A stretch of DNA of 55,989 nt from a virus (taxonomy: Duplodnaviria; Caudoviricetes), in IMG/VR virus record IMGVR_UViG_3300045253_000047, positions 1 to 55,989 of that record. The stretch is one strand, 5' to 3'. This document shows positions 1-8,215 of the stretch, piece after piece; the first letter of the stretch is position 1; every line of letters begins with the position of its first letter. The position numbers were made by a program, and so were the translations under genes. Below the pieces are notes generated by a model. The model searched no databases, had not been told where the DNA came from, and worked only from the letters and a program-made list of their open reading frames with translations.

Positions 1-182
1 CTGTTTTCCCAAAGGGTGGCTTGGCTGTTTCCCCAAAGGGTGGCTTGGCTGTTTCCCCAAAGGGTGGCTTGGCTGTTTCCCCGAAGGGTGGCTTGGCTGT
101 TTTCCCAAAGGGTGGCTTGGCTGTTTCCCCAAAGGGTGGCTTGGCTGTTTCCCCGAAGGGTGGCTTGGCTGTTTCCCCGAAG
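1..182. repeat. 24-bp tandem repeat (~7.6 units, CTGTTTYCCCRAAGGGTGGCTTGG); continues at 55963-55989
   Basis: Head-to-tail units without spacers; minus strand encodes SQATL(W/R)(G/E)N. Confidence 0.97.
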
Positions 183-302
183 TTCAGCGGCTTCGCCGCC
201 TGATAGTTCGAAGTACTCACTGCCTACGCAGATCGGAAACTTACCCGCCGCGAATGCCGCTCTTAATTCGGCCTGGTTTTTTACTTCAATTCGTTCCTTC
301 AA
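1..302 (-). CDS. N-terminal part of an octapeptide-repeat protein that continues across the contig junction into 55989-55476
   Basis: TTG at 302 after AGGAG RBS, overlapping upstream stop; MKERIEVKNQAELRAAF...ELRGNSQATLRGN... open to position 1. Confidence 0.85.
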   Translation of the reverse strand, partial: MKERIEVKNQAELRAAFAAGKFPICVGSEYFELSGGEAAELRGNSQATLRGNSQATLWGNSQATLWENSQATLRGNSQATLWGNSQATLWGNSQATLWEN

Positions 303-676
303 TTCGCTCTCCTTTTCGTCGCCAATAGTTCGTCTACGTACTTGTGATACTTCGACTTCCGCGTCGGCACGATAACCCCGTCCACTTCAAGGTAGCCGTT
401 GCCGTATCCGTCAAGGTAGAAATCACGCACCGTAAAACTGCCAAGCTCGTGGAACCGGAAGGCCATTTCGTTACGATAACGCCAGCACTCCACCAGATAC
501 CGCTTGTCTTTGATATGTACGGATGCCTTCTCGCTGCACTTGCCGTAGTACATGCACATATCCATCGCGTCTATGATCGGGTCGCGCTTGTCGAGGTCAT
601 CCTGCCGATACGCGGAAGTCACACTGCTTGACATATTCGGTTGCGTCTGATATAATTGCATTGCGTGATCCTCCAA
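299..676 (-). CDS. hypothetical phage protein
   Basis: 125-aa ORF in the leftward early operon. Confidence 0.6.
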   Translation of the reverse strand: MEDHAMQLYQTQPNMSSSVTSAYRQDDLDKRDPIIDAMDMCMYYGKCSEKASVHIKDKRYLVECWRYRNEMAFRFHELGSFTVRDFYLDGYGNGYLEVDGVIVPTRKSKYHKYVDELLATKRRAN

Positions 677-857
677 ATCTCCTTTCCGCGAGCGGCCTCT
701 GCCAACAACAGAGGCCGCTTTTGGTTGTTAGGCGAACGGGTCTTCTAAGCCCTCTTCAAGCTGACCGTTGCCACTGCATGAGCCGTTGTCATCGAATGGA
801 AGTTGCTCAACTTCCTGCCACTCGTTTGCGTGATGTGCGCTAATCATGATGTCCCCC

Positions 858-1061
858 TTAATCCTTCGACGACTTGAAATACCCGCCGATAAACGTCAGT
901 AGCACCATAACGGCCACCGCGCCCCAGAATGAAATGTGCGGGCCGTGGAATATTCCGCCAACCACGTAGTTCCACACGAACCGGAACAGCAGCACACTCA
1001 AATACCATAGCCCGCCGATAACCGGTATTGCGATGATGCACCCGATAACTTTTGCTGTCAT
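858..1061 (-). CDS. small membrane protein
   Basis: Two hydrophobic segments; likely start MTAKVIG after GAAGGGG. Confidence 0.6.
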   Translation of the reverse strand: MTAKVIGCIIAIPVIGGLWYLSVLLFRFVWNYVVGGIFHGPHISFWGAVAVMVLLTFIGGYFKSSKD

Positions 1062-1098
1062 TGTAATAATCCCCTTCACCCTTCGTTTCGATATACCT

Positions 1099-1127
1099 AT
1101 TATATCACACGTAGTTATATAATGCAA
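1099..1127 (-). promoter_or_regulatory. leftward early sigma70-type promoter with overlapping operator
   Basis: TTGCAT-17-TATAAT; operator-like TATCAC-N5-GTTATA at 1103-1119. Confidence 0.7.
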
Positions 1128-1155
1128 TAGGTTAGGCGAATTATTTTTGGCTATT

Positions 1156-1362
1156 TTATTTGGGGAATATATCACTCATGGAACAACCCAAGCGCTTGCA
1201 CATGAGTTTGAGCGTGACCATGCTTGGATTGCGCTTGCCGCTCGCGACGTAGAGTACGGTTTGTGGGCTACGGTCTATATCCTTCGCCAATCGGTATAGC
1301 GTGATCGGCGGGTCTTGTCGCTCGCAAAGCTCTTTTAATCGGTTTGGTGTTATTGTTTCCAT
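1156..1362 (-). CDS. XRE/Cro-like HTH repressor (probably leaderless)
   Basis: LYRLAKDIDRSPQTVLYVASGKRNPS HTH; ATG 6 nt after TACAAT. Confidence 0.85.
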   Translation of the reverse strand: METITPNRLKELCERQDPPITLYRLAKDIDRSPQTVLYVASGKRNPSMVTLKLMCKRLGCSMSDIFPK

Positions 1363-1368
1363 GCGGGT

Positions 1369-1451
1369 ATTGTATAACATTCGGTGGTATATGTCAAGAG
1401 GCGGATTATTTTCAGAAAAGGCTTGACATGTATAACTAGGGGTTGTATAAT
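1369..1451. promoter_or_regulatory. divergent promoter pair with two operator-like sites
   Basis: Minus TTGACA(1397-1392)-17-TACAAT; plus TTGACA(1423-1428)-17-TATAAT; TATAAC-N5-GTKGTA at 1373 and 1431. Confidence 0.8.
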
Positions 1452-1471
1452 AGGGGCGAGGAGATTAAACG

Positions 1472-2122
1472 ATGCCAACAGGATACACTGCTTTTATTAC
1501 AGAACGCGAAGGCGTTACATTCAAGGATTTTGCAGAACGATGCACGCGGGCCTTCGGTTCTGCGGTTATGCAACGAGACGAACCGCTGGACGCGCCGACG
1601 CGGCACCGGGAGTTTTCATTCTACTGTGTCGAGCGGTTAATCAAGGCGAAGTCTGAATTTGACCGGTTACGGGTTATGTCATTCGAAGAGGCTGATAAAA
1701 TCGCGCTTGACGAATACAATCAGGCTGTCGATAGCGATGCTAAATCTAATGCGGCGAAGGATGCCGACCGCGAGAAGTATAACGCCATTCTGATCGAATT
1801 GCTCGACTGGGAAGCGCCCACGCCTGACCACGCGGATTTCCGGGCATTCATGTACCAACAGCTTACGGAAACAATAAAATACGATTGCAGCCATTACGAC
1901 TTCGCGCCGAAGGAAGTTGCAACTGGCGAGGTCTGGCTAACTGCGAAAATCAAGCGCGTTCGCGAAGATATTGAGCAAGCCGAGAAAGATATTATCGAAG
2001 AAGCCGAGCGCGTATTCAAGGCGAATAAATGGCTCGACGATCTACGCGCCAGCCTTGAGAAGCCATATAAGCGAGACCCGGCACAAGACGCAAAATTGGC
2101 ACGGATCGCAGGTGAAGAGTAG
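1472..2122 (+). CDS. conserved phage hypothetical protein (MPTGYT... type, coiled coil)
   Basis: 216-aa ORF with GAGGAG RBS after a consensus promoter. Confidence 0.8.
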   Translation: MPTGYTAFITEREGVTFKDFAERCTRAFGSAVMQRDEPLDAPTRHREFSFYCVERLIKAKSEFDRLRVMSFEEADKIALDEYNQAVDSDAKSNAAKDADREKYNAILIELLDWEAPTPDHADFRAFMYQQLTETIKYDCSHYDFAPKEVATGEVWLTAKIKRVREDIEQAEKDIIEEAERVFKANKWLDDLRASLEKPYKRDPAQDAKLARIAGEE

Positions 2123-2179
2123 TCGCCAGCTGCGGCCTACGCGGATTTCGACCGCGCGTGGATGGAGGAGGTGTGAATT

Positions 2180-2542
2180 ATGGTATTTGAGAAGTTTATT
2201 CCTGGTCGTCAACATGGGAGGCTGGCCCCTAAGATCAGTGTCAGGACTCGAAACGCGCGGGTGAACGCGGCTGCCGTAAGGGGATACGGGTTAGGCAGTT
2301 ACCAATACGCCGTGCTTTATTATGACGCTGACGCCACACTAATTGCGTTTAATCCCGTGAAAGAAAAGGAGGATCACGCGGTGAGGTCCAGTAGTAAGCC
2401 GGTGGACGCAAAGGAGTTCAATATAAAGAGCCTTCTCATGGCAAAAGACATACGGATAGGCAAATCTATACTGCGTGACCTTTTACCGGTTCCCGATATG
2501 CCAGGGTTTTACTACTTCAAGGTCAATGAGGAGACACCATGA
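2180..2542 (+). CDS. hypothetical protein
   Basis: Strong GGAGG RBS, operon position. Confidence 0.7.
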   Translation: MVFEKFIPGRQHGRLAPKISVRTRNARVNAAAVRGYGLGSYQYAVLYYDADATLIAFNPVKEKEDHAVRSSSKPVDAKEFNIKSLLMAKDIRIGKSILRDLLPVPDMPGFYYFKVNEETP

Positions 2543-2757
2543 AAACAGGCGACACTTTGACCGTCAAAAATACAGGCGTTGCGATAAAGGCGACCGATTA
2601 CGAGAAGCGGTTCAGGTACAACGATTGCGAAACGCGATGGCTGGGGATGGGCGACAAGGTGAAGTATGTCGGGGATGTGCCTGATCGGGAGGATGTGGTG
2701 ATCGTGTCCATCGGCGGCAAGGAGTTCGTGATGAATAGGGAGGCTTTTGGGAAATGA
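2539..2757 (+). CDS. hypothetical protein
   Basis: ATGA coupling at both ends. Confidence 0.7.
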   Translation: MKTGDTLTVKNTGVAIKATDYEKRFRYNDCETRWLGMGDKVKYVGDVPDREDVVIVSIGGKEFVMNREAFGK

Positions 2758-3242
2758 AAATTAAGATTGACGTACCGGATAGGCTTATCGAAGTGGCCGC
2801 TCGAAGATTGGCCGCGAAATATAACACGGATTATATCGCAACTATGGATATGAGCGGTGTTATCAACAATGACCAAATGCAGGAGTGCATCGAAGCGGTT
2901 CTCCCCGGCTATATCGAATTCGAGGCTGACAGCTTGATAGAATGTCTCGTTAATGACACAAGCAAAGAAGGCATCCAAACCATGGACGGGTTCGTGCGAT
3001 CGAAAGCTAAGTTGTGCTGGAATGTATACGGCTATGACGCGGCTACGACGCCTTGCGGGTTTGTTTTTTTCGTTGTGATAGAACCCTCGAATATACCTGC
3101 GTCTATAGACAACACGGAGTACAGCACGAAGGAACTTGCCCTCGCGCGTGCTGCCGAGTTGAACATCGCCTTCGACAAGGAGTACGGCCCGTTCGCGACA
3201 TATGCGGACGCTGTGAAAAAGGCTGAGGAGGTCAACCAATGA
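2754..3242 (+). CDS. hypothetical protein
   Basis: ATGA coupling. Confidence 0.7.
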   Translation: MKIKIDVPDRLIEVAARRLAAKYNTDYIATMDMSGVINNDQMQECIEAVLPGYIEFEADSLIECLVNDTSKEGIQTMDGFVRSKAKLCWNVYGYDAATTPCGFVFFVVIEPSNIPASIDNTEYSTKELALARAAELNIAFDKEYGPFATYADAVKKAEEVNQ

Positions 3243-3385
3243 AAACAGCTTGGCGTGAGACTAATTTTGCGGATATCGAATACGGCGAAATGCTAGTCAC
3301 CGGTAAACGACTTACTTACGGCAATAAATCACTTGACAAACTATAAGATAGCGCGGTAAAATGGGAGCGGTATACCGGAAAGGAA

Positions 3386-3416
3386 GAAAAGCCGATCCAA
3401 TAAGGATCGGCTTTTC
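3386..3416. terminator. bidirectional intrinsic terminator
   Basis: AAAAGCCGATCC-aataa-GGATCGGCTTTT. Confidence 0.75.
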
Positions 3417-3420
3417 GCTC

Positions 3421-4362
3421 TTACTCTTCTTCCTCATCATCGTTATCTTCATTTATAACAACCTGAGCGTCGTTATGGGAACCTTCGGTATGACTGTATA
3501 CATGTGTCACAATCCAATTTTTAGGTATATGAGTTTTGTAAATATCACTCCAATATTTAACCGTCTGGAGGTCAACATCTAATACGTCGCCTTTACCAAA
3601 CCGTTCTTTACCGCTTTCAACTTTAGCCAAGAAGTCGTCGTCTGTAATTTCAACACCAATATGACTCGCTAGAGGATGCAACATTCTCCATTTAGTCCCT
3701 CTAACAAATGATGGCTTAGTGATTACTAGCCGTGTACGATCAGAAGTGACTATTCGTTTAGGCAATTCCAATGATTGTGAAGAGCCAATCATAATTTCCT
3801 GCAATTCGCCTTTATCAGCATGAAAAATCTCATTATCCTGGCGATCACGCAAACTCAAATAATCTACAGTATCATCATTGGCTACAGTGTCCAGTAAATT
3901 GTTAATTGAGTTTGCAACATCCGGTTTTTCGTTGTATATACGCCAGACTTCGGGGGCGACTTCAATATTGTTGTTTTGTACGTTGATAATGACAATGTTG
4001 TTCGTGATAGTTGAAGATTGCGGTTTTTCTTTTTTAAGTGCCTTCGCAAGGTCCATTGAACCTCTCAATACGGCAATTACTGCGGCCACATCCTTGGCGG
4101 CTTCGAAGGTTAATAGATTCTTTAACTGATGAACCACGTCCATCATCAAATGCAAGTCTACAACAAAACTACCCGCTTTAGTTGCTTTGATTCGTATTCG
4201 TAATTCTGCGCCAGTATCCATACCTGCGTTGATCTCATTTAACGCAGTTGATAGAGATAGGAGAGACGATACGAAAGTTTGGGCACTGATATCGTTGGTA
4301 CCCGTACCAAATACAACCTTGAAGTCACCTTCACTATTGGTAACGAGAGGTAAACCAGCCAT
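3421..4362 (-). CDS. cargo protein, N-terminal alpha/beta domain + probable C-terminal OB-fold (defence candidate)
   Basis: 313 aa; KAGSF motif; C-terminal FGKGDVLDVDL; acidic tail. Confidence 0.75.
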   Translation of the reverse strand: MAGLPLVTNSEGDFKVVFGTGTNDISAQTFVSSLLSLSTALNEINAGMDTGAELRIRIKATKAGSFVVDLHLMMDVVHQLKNLLTFEAAKDVAAVIAVLRGSMDLAKALKKEKPQSSTITNNIVIINVQNNNIEVAPEVWRIYNEKPDVANSINNLLDTVANDDTVDYLSLRDRQDNEIFHADKGELQEIMIGSSQSLELPKRIVTSDRTRLVITKPSFVRGTKWRMLHPLASHIGVEITDDDFLAKVESGKERFGKGDVLDVDLQTVKYWSDIYKTHIPKNWIVTHVYSHTEGSHNDAQVVINEDNDDEEEE

Positions 4363-4409
4363 GATCTATTGTACCACTTTAGTTAACGAAATCGGCGACC
4401 AGAAAAGGA

Positions 4410-4441
4410 GAATGCCGCTCGAATATCGAGCGGCATTTTTG
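4410..4441. terminator. intrinsic terminator hairpin
   Basis: AATGCCGCTCGA-ata-TCGAGCGGCATT followed by T run. Confidence 0.7.
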
Positions 4442-4442
4442 T

Positions 4443-4646
4443 TCATCTAGGCTTGCGTCCAGGCTTTTGTTTCGGGGTACCATCGACTCTTAGTTTCGCG
4501 CCTTCTTGGGATAGCCGCGCGTCGAGATCGGCTTTAGGAACTGCAAAGAGTTTCCTGCCTAACTCAGCGAAACGGTCAAAGTCAGGGCTAATACCTGGCG
4601 GCGGAATAGTAACCGGATTCGGTTGCGGAGCTTGATGATTATTCAT
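4443..4646 (-). CDS. IS1595-associated 'VPK' microprotein
   Basis: FAELGRKLFAVPKADLDAR...KPGRKPR; similar to 10461..10667; start MNNHQ 7 nt after TACAAT. Confidence 0.75.
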   Translation of the reverse strand: MNNHQAPQPNPVTIPPPGISPDFDRFAELGRKLFAVPKADLDARLSQEGAKLRVDGTPKQKPGRKPR

Positions 4647-4743
4647 TACGGGTATTGTACCATAATACGGGCCTAACGGAAACGGTTGAATTTCCGATAA
4701 TGAAAGTTGGAACAATTCAAAAAAAATAGTTGGTAGACATGTA

Positions 4744-4772
4744 TTGACAAAAAGGAATGTATGTTCTATAAT
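4744..4772 (+). promoter_or_regulatory. consensus sigma70 promoter upstream of the cargo triad
   Basis: TTGACA-17-TATAAT. Confidence 0.7.
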
Positions 4773-5072
4773 AAAGTCGTGTGATTATGGTCAATAAAAA
4801 TTGTGAAAGAAAAATAAATATTGAAAAAACGCAAAAAAAATTGAATTTTGTCAATAAGCAGTCTATACTATAGACATAGTAAGTTGTCAAGTGTTACCCG
4901 GCGCAATCGCTGCGCTCGGGTCGATTTTATTGACTCGGTCTGATGGGAAGAGTTTGAAAAGCCATAATACGGGTATTGATGGAAATAAACATTGGCAAAC
5001 TTCTCGTATTTTACGTGTATTAGGCGGCCCCGTTTCTGCTCATTCGTACTCATGTTACGGGGGTTTGCTTAG

Positions 5073-5435
5073 TTGGCCGATCAATTGCGATGGAGTAGTC
5101 AACGCGAGCTTTACATTCATTATGAGCGCCATGGTGGGGCTTTCGGCGCAACGTCCGCGAATGATTACGAAGCACTTGCGATTAAGTTTTTGACATCAAC
5201 TCCAAGTTGTTTGCCTGTCAAATGTAACGCTTGCCCCGGATGTAGTTGTCAAGCGTATAATACATTACACGAGTGTATCAGGAAAGGTGGGGCGGTTTTA
5301 CGATATGACACAGTTTCGACTTACCTTGGCATATTTCAACCTGGTATATGTATAGTTACATATTACAAAGCCGATGAATCGTTCTTCAGGGGTCATACCC
5401 CAATATCGTATTTTCACAATGAATGCCTAAAATAA
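5073..5435 (+). CDS. putative colicin D/CdiA-CT-like (BECR-fold) RNase toxin
   Basis: HYERHGGAFG..Y...A..F / R.GG...RYD....GI..IVTYYK pattern. Confidence 0.6.
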   Translation: MADQLRWSSQRELYIHYERHGGAFGATSANDYEALAIKFLTSTPSCLPVKCNACPGCSCQAYNTLHECIRKGGAVLRYDTVSTYLGIFQPGICIVTYYKADESFFRGHTPISYFHNECLK

Positions 5436-5812
5436 TGAACACTTACAATTGCCCTGTTTGCGGATATAATGACCTGTGGCGTCCAGCAACCGAAAACATG
5501 ATATGTCCTTGCTGTGCAACGCATTTTGGATTAGATGATGCCTACTATACGGTTGACGAATTAAGAACTAGATGGATAAGCAATGGTGCCATATGGTTCA
5601 GTAAATACACGGTTGCGCCTCCGTATTGGTCGGCAATTAGCCAATTGAGAGCTAATGGGTACGATTGTACAGACAGTGATTTGATCGCGATAATGAAGGA
5701 TAATTACAAAAACAACTCGGCGGTGCTGTTTATGCCCATACGTAACGAGAGGCCAGTTGCAACTAACTCGAAATTTGAGTCGAAAACTATTTCGTATGCC
5801 TTAGCAGTCTAA
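5435..5812 (+). CDS. CPCC cysteine-rich protein, putative antitoxin
   Basis: CPVCG...ICPCC; TAATG coupling to upstream ORF; tail ends YALAV. Confidence 0.65.
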   Translation: MNTYNCPVCGYNDLWRPATENMICPCCATHFGLDDAYYTVDELRTRWISNGAIWFSKYTVAPPYWSAISQLRANGYDCTDSDLIAIMKDNYKNNSAVLFMPIRNERPVATNSKFESKTISYALAV

Positions 5813-5814
5813 CT

Positions 5815-6291
5815 ATGCCAAAACTTGTGCTATTTGCAGCTTGCCGTAACGCCGTAATCGATCAAGAAGATAATACGGTAACGCTTGTATGTATTCTTAA
5901 TGGATTAACCGTTCCGGGCGGCATACCGGATGGTCGTTCCACCGCTATCGATTGGGGGGCGGTTTCAGTATGGGCACCTGATCCCTCAGATTTAAACGAT
6001 GAAATTTTTGAACTTCGAGTGCAGGTAAGACTACCAGACGATTCGCTGCATGGTGAAGCCATAGCGCCTTTTACTATGACGCAAGATCGATTTCAATCGG
6101 TCATAAAAGGCGCACGATTACCACTTTGGCAATCTGGTGACATTAATTTTGTACTTTGCATGAGATCAATTACCAGGGAAACGGACTGGAAGCAATACGG
6201 AGAATTTCCCACAATCGTTACTCACGGGCCTCCAAGGCAAACTCATGAGGATACAAACGAGGAGACTGAAAACAGCGACCCTTCAATATAA
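5815..6291 (+). CDS. beta-rich DUF6941-like protein, putative chaperone/third component
   Basis: FAACRNAVID..NTVTLV.I N-terminus recalled from DUF6941-type proteins; starts 2 nt after upstream stop. Confidence 0.55.
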   Translation: MPKLVLFAACRNAVIDQEDNTVTLVCILNGLTVPGGIPDGRSTAIDWGAVSVWAPDPSDLNDEIFELRVQVRLPDDSLHGEAIAPFTMTQDRFQSVIKGARLPLWQSGDINFVLCMRSITRETDWKQYGEFPTIVTHGPPRQTHEDTNEETENSDPSI

Positions 6292-6328
6292 CAAAGAGCT
6301 TTCCCGGATAAGTGGGAAAGCTCTTTGT
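6292..6328. terminator. bidirectional terminator between convergent genes
   Basis: CAAAGAGCTTTCCC...GGGAAAGCTCTTTG. Confidence 0.8.
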
Positions 6329-6346
6329 GTCTCACGGACTATCTGT

Positions 6347-7321
6347 CTAGCGATACTGGAACATCCAACCGTAAAAATCTTGTGAGCTTTCGGTGAGGCG
6401 AATCCAAGTTAACCGCTTTCCAGACACTTGGCTTAGAACTTTCAGGAAACGCCCTGCATCGTTTGTTCCGCGCTCGTTAAACCGATAAGCTTGTTCGTCT
6501 ACGTACCGATCAAGGTGAAACGGCATCACTGCAACGTAAGTACCTTTAATCCCGCGTTTTAACAAGCTCCAGAAGTTTTCCATACCATTCGTATGAACTA
6601 CGCCGTTCGCGTACGTTACGGTATGGTCAATAAAATCGTGAACGAACTCTTGGCCTAAGCCGTTGTATCCCTTGTGAGCGTCTGTGTAGACGTAGGAACC
6701 GGTTACAACGTAGTTCTTGACGTTATCCTGCAAAGTCTCCGCGTCCGTGCCTTTTACGACCTTGGCCGCAACGCGGGATTTGCGACCAGTTTGGCCGCGC
6801 TCGATAACACCTTGAACGATGGCTTTACCAACTGCCCCGCGCCCTTGTCGTAACTTCTTGTTCTCGTGCTTGTTCTTCTCTAATCCGCCGACGAATGTTT
6901 CGTCTGCTTCAATCGTGCCTTCCATTTTCTGGAATGAGCCATCTTTCATAGCTTCTCGGATACGGTGAAGCATGAACCAAGCCGTACGCTGGGTAACGCC
7001 AAGATCACGGCCTAGCTCGTAAGAGGATATACCGTTCTTGCAATTGGCGATGAACCATATCGCGGCAAGCCATTGATCGAGACCGAGCGGGGAGTCCTCG
7101 AATATGGTTCCGTTCTTTACCGTGAAGTCCTTGCGGCAGTCACGGCAACGATACCGGAAATACGCTGGCATGAAGTGAGCGTTTTTCGACCCGCAGCGAT
7201 GGCAAACCGGTTCACCGTCAGGCCATACGAACATAGCGGCAATGGTATGCGCGTATGCCTTATCCGAGAACATCACTATCGCTTCTTTAAGCGTCTGGGG
7301 TATAGTCAATTCGTTTTCCAT
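6347..7321 (-). CDS. IS1595-family DDE transposase
   Basis: Zn ribbon (CHRC..CRDC), HTH, EADET, YTDAHKGY, HTNGMENFWS, YRFN. Confidence 0.96.
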   Translation of the reverse strand: MENELTIPQTLKEAIVMFSDKAYAHTIAAMFVWPDGEPVCHRCGSKNAHFMPAYFRYRCRDCRKDFTVKNGTIFEDSPLGLDQWLAAIWFIANCKNGISSYELGRDLGVTQRTAWFMLHRIREAMKDGSFQKMEGTIEADETFVGGLEKNKHENKKLRQGRGAVGKAIVQGVIERGQTGRKSRVAAKVVKGTDAETLQDNVKNYVVTGSYVYTDAHKGYNGLGQEFVHDFIDHTVTYANGVVHTNGMENFWSLLKRGIKGTYVAVMPFHLDRYVDEQAYRFNERGTNDAGRFLKVLSQVSGKRLTWIRLTESSQDFYGWMFQYR

Positions 7322-7433
7322 GTCTTATTATAGCAGGAAACTCTTAGTTTGTCAAGTGATTTAGTGCCTTACTTACCGCCAACTGACTGCCGAGTACGTA
7401 ACATTCCACGAACAGACAAACCTCTAAAATACC

Positions 7434-7469
7434 GAGGGCAAACAGTAAACTTTGACTGTTTGCCCTCGC
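7434..7469. terminator. long hairpin/terminator
   Basis: CGAGGGCAAACAGT...ACTGTTTGCCCTCG. Confidence 0.65.
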
Positions 7470-7879
7470 ATACATTGACCACTAACCAGACCATTTAGAA
7501 TTAAAATGCGACATTGACCGCAAATTTGATCATTGACGGTCAATGGGGGTTGACTCCCCCCCCCCCCCCCCCTCGATTATCGGATATAATGACTCAAATG
7601 TGCTTATAAAGCAGAATACCTCACCCTCCTAGGCGGCAAACCAAGGGGTGAGGTATCCATAAAGACCAGCTAGAGAACGGTTAATATGAGGCGATTTCCA
7701 ATTGGAAGTCGCGCCCTAATTGGCGTGTTCACTAGAATGCTGATGTTCTTTATTATACCCGTAAGATCACTACCAAGTCAAGTCTTTTAGGAGAATGATC
7801 GTTTGACCGAAGAGACTGATCTGCTTGCTAACTACACGCAAGCATACGCCCCTACAGGCTGCAACGTCAAAATAGGCGG

Positions 7880-8164
7880 CTAGGAAGCCTTCGGCCCTTC
7901 ACTTGCTACTGGCGATGGCAATTGTCCTGATTCAATCAGCTTATTGTGAAACGCCAGTAGCCGACTTGTTATCAAGGAATCAACATCGGACATGTTGATT
8001 CCTTGATTGTCTAACTCAGGTTGAATCGGTTCGTCTGGCTCCCCTTCGGCTGCCCCTGGAATTCCAGCTTGGTTGCATAGTGGCAATTCAACAGCTTTAT
8101 CGCCGTCAAAAACGAAGTCGCCAGTATCGCGGTTCCATCCTAATAGATCGGATTGATTTTTCAT
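7880..8164 (-). CDS. hypothetical protein starting 3 nt outside element 2 left end
   Basis: 94-aa ORF. Confidence 0.5.
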   Translation of the reverse strand: MKNQSDLLGWNRDTGDFVFDGDKAVELPLCNQAGIPGAAEGEPDEPIQPELDNQGINMSDVDSLITSRLLAFHNKLIESGQLPSPVASEGPKAS

Positions 8165-8215
8165 TTTGGCAATTATATACTTGACTTAACGAGATAAACC
8201 TGCTATAATAGGAGT

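Larger units (their letters stand above)
3320..7368 (-). mobile_element. IS1595-family cargo transposon (element 1, 4049 bp)
   Basis: TIRs GGCA(A/C)TAAATCACTTGACAAACTA, 23/24 match (3320-3343, 7345-7368); TSD TTACTTAC at 3312-3319 and 7369-7376; AT-rich cargo. Confidence 0.95.
3239..7427 (+). pseudogene. 43-codon ORF (3239-3319 + 7377-7427) interrupted by IS1595 element 1; contains an IS1595 transposase C-terminal motif
   Basis: Removing the element and one TSD gives MKTAWRETNFADIEYGEMLVTGKRLTYRQLTAEYVTFHEQTNL*. Confidence 0.75.

Noticed and set aside
1-182. CRISPR array
   Set aside because: Units are contiguous with no spacers and encode an in-frame peptide repeat; no cas genes
1-182. DGR variable/template repeat
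   Set aside because: No reverse transcriptase; only two recurring unit variants
16-375. Plus-strand repeat ORFs (16..375, 21..203)
   Set aside because: Shadows of the minus-strand gene, which has an RBS and operon coupling
4715-4860. A-tract-rich segment as origin or bent DNA
   Set aside because: Explained as an AT-rich cargo promoter region; homopolymers may include read errors
7555-7572. Poly-C tract as phase-variation switch or G-quadruplex
   Set aside because: Non-coding and a common sequencing artefact; cannot be supported without reads
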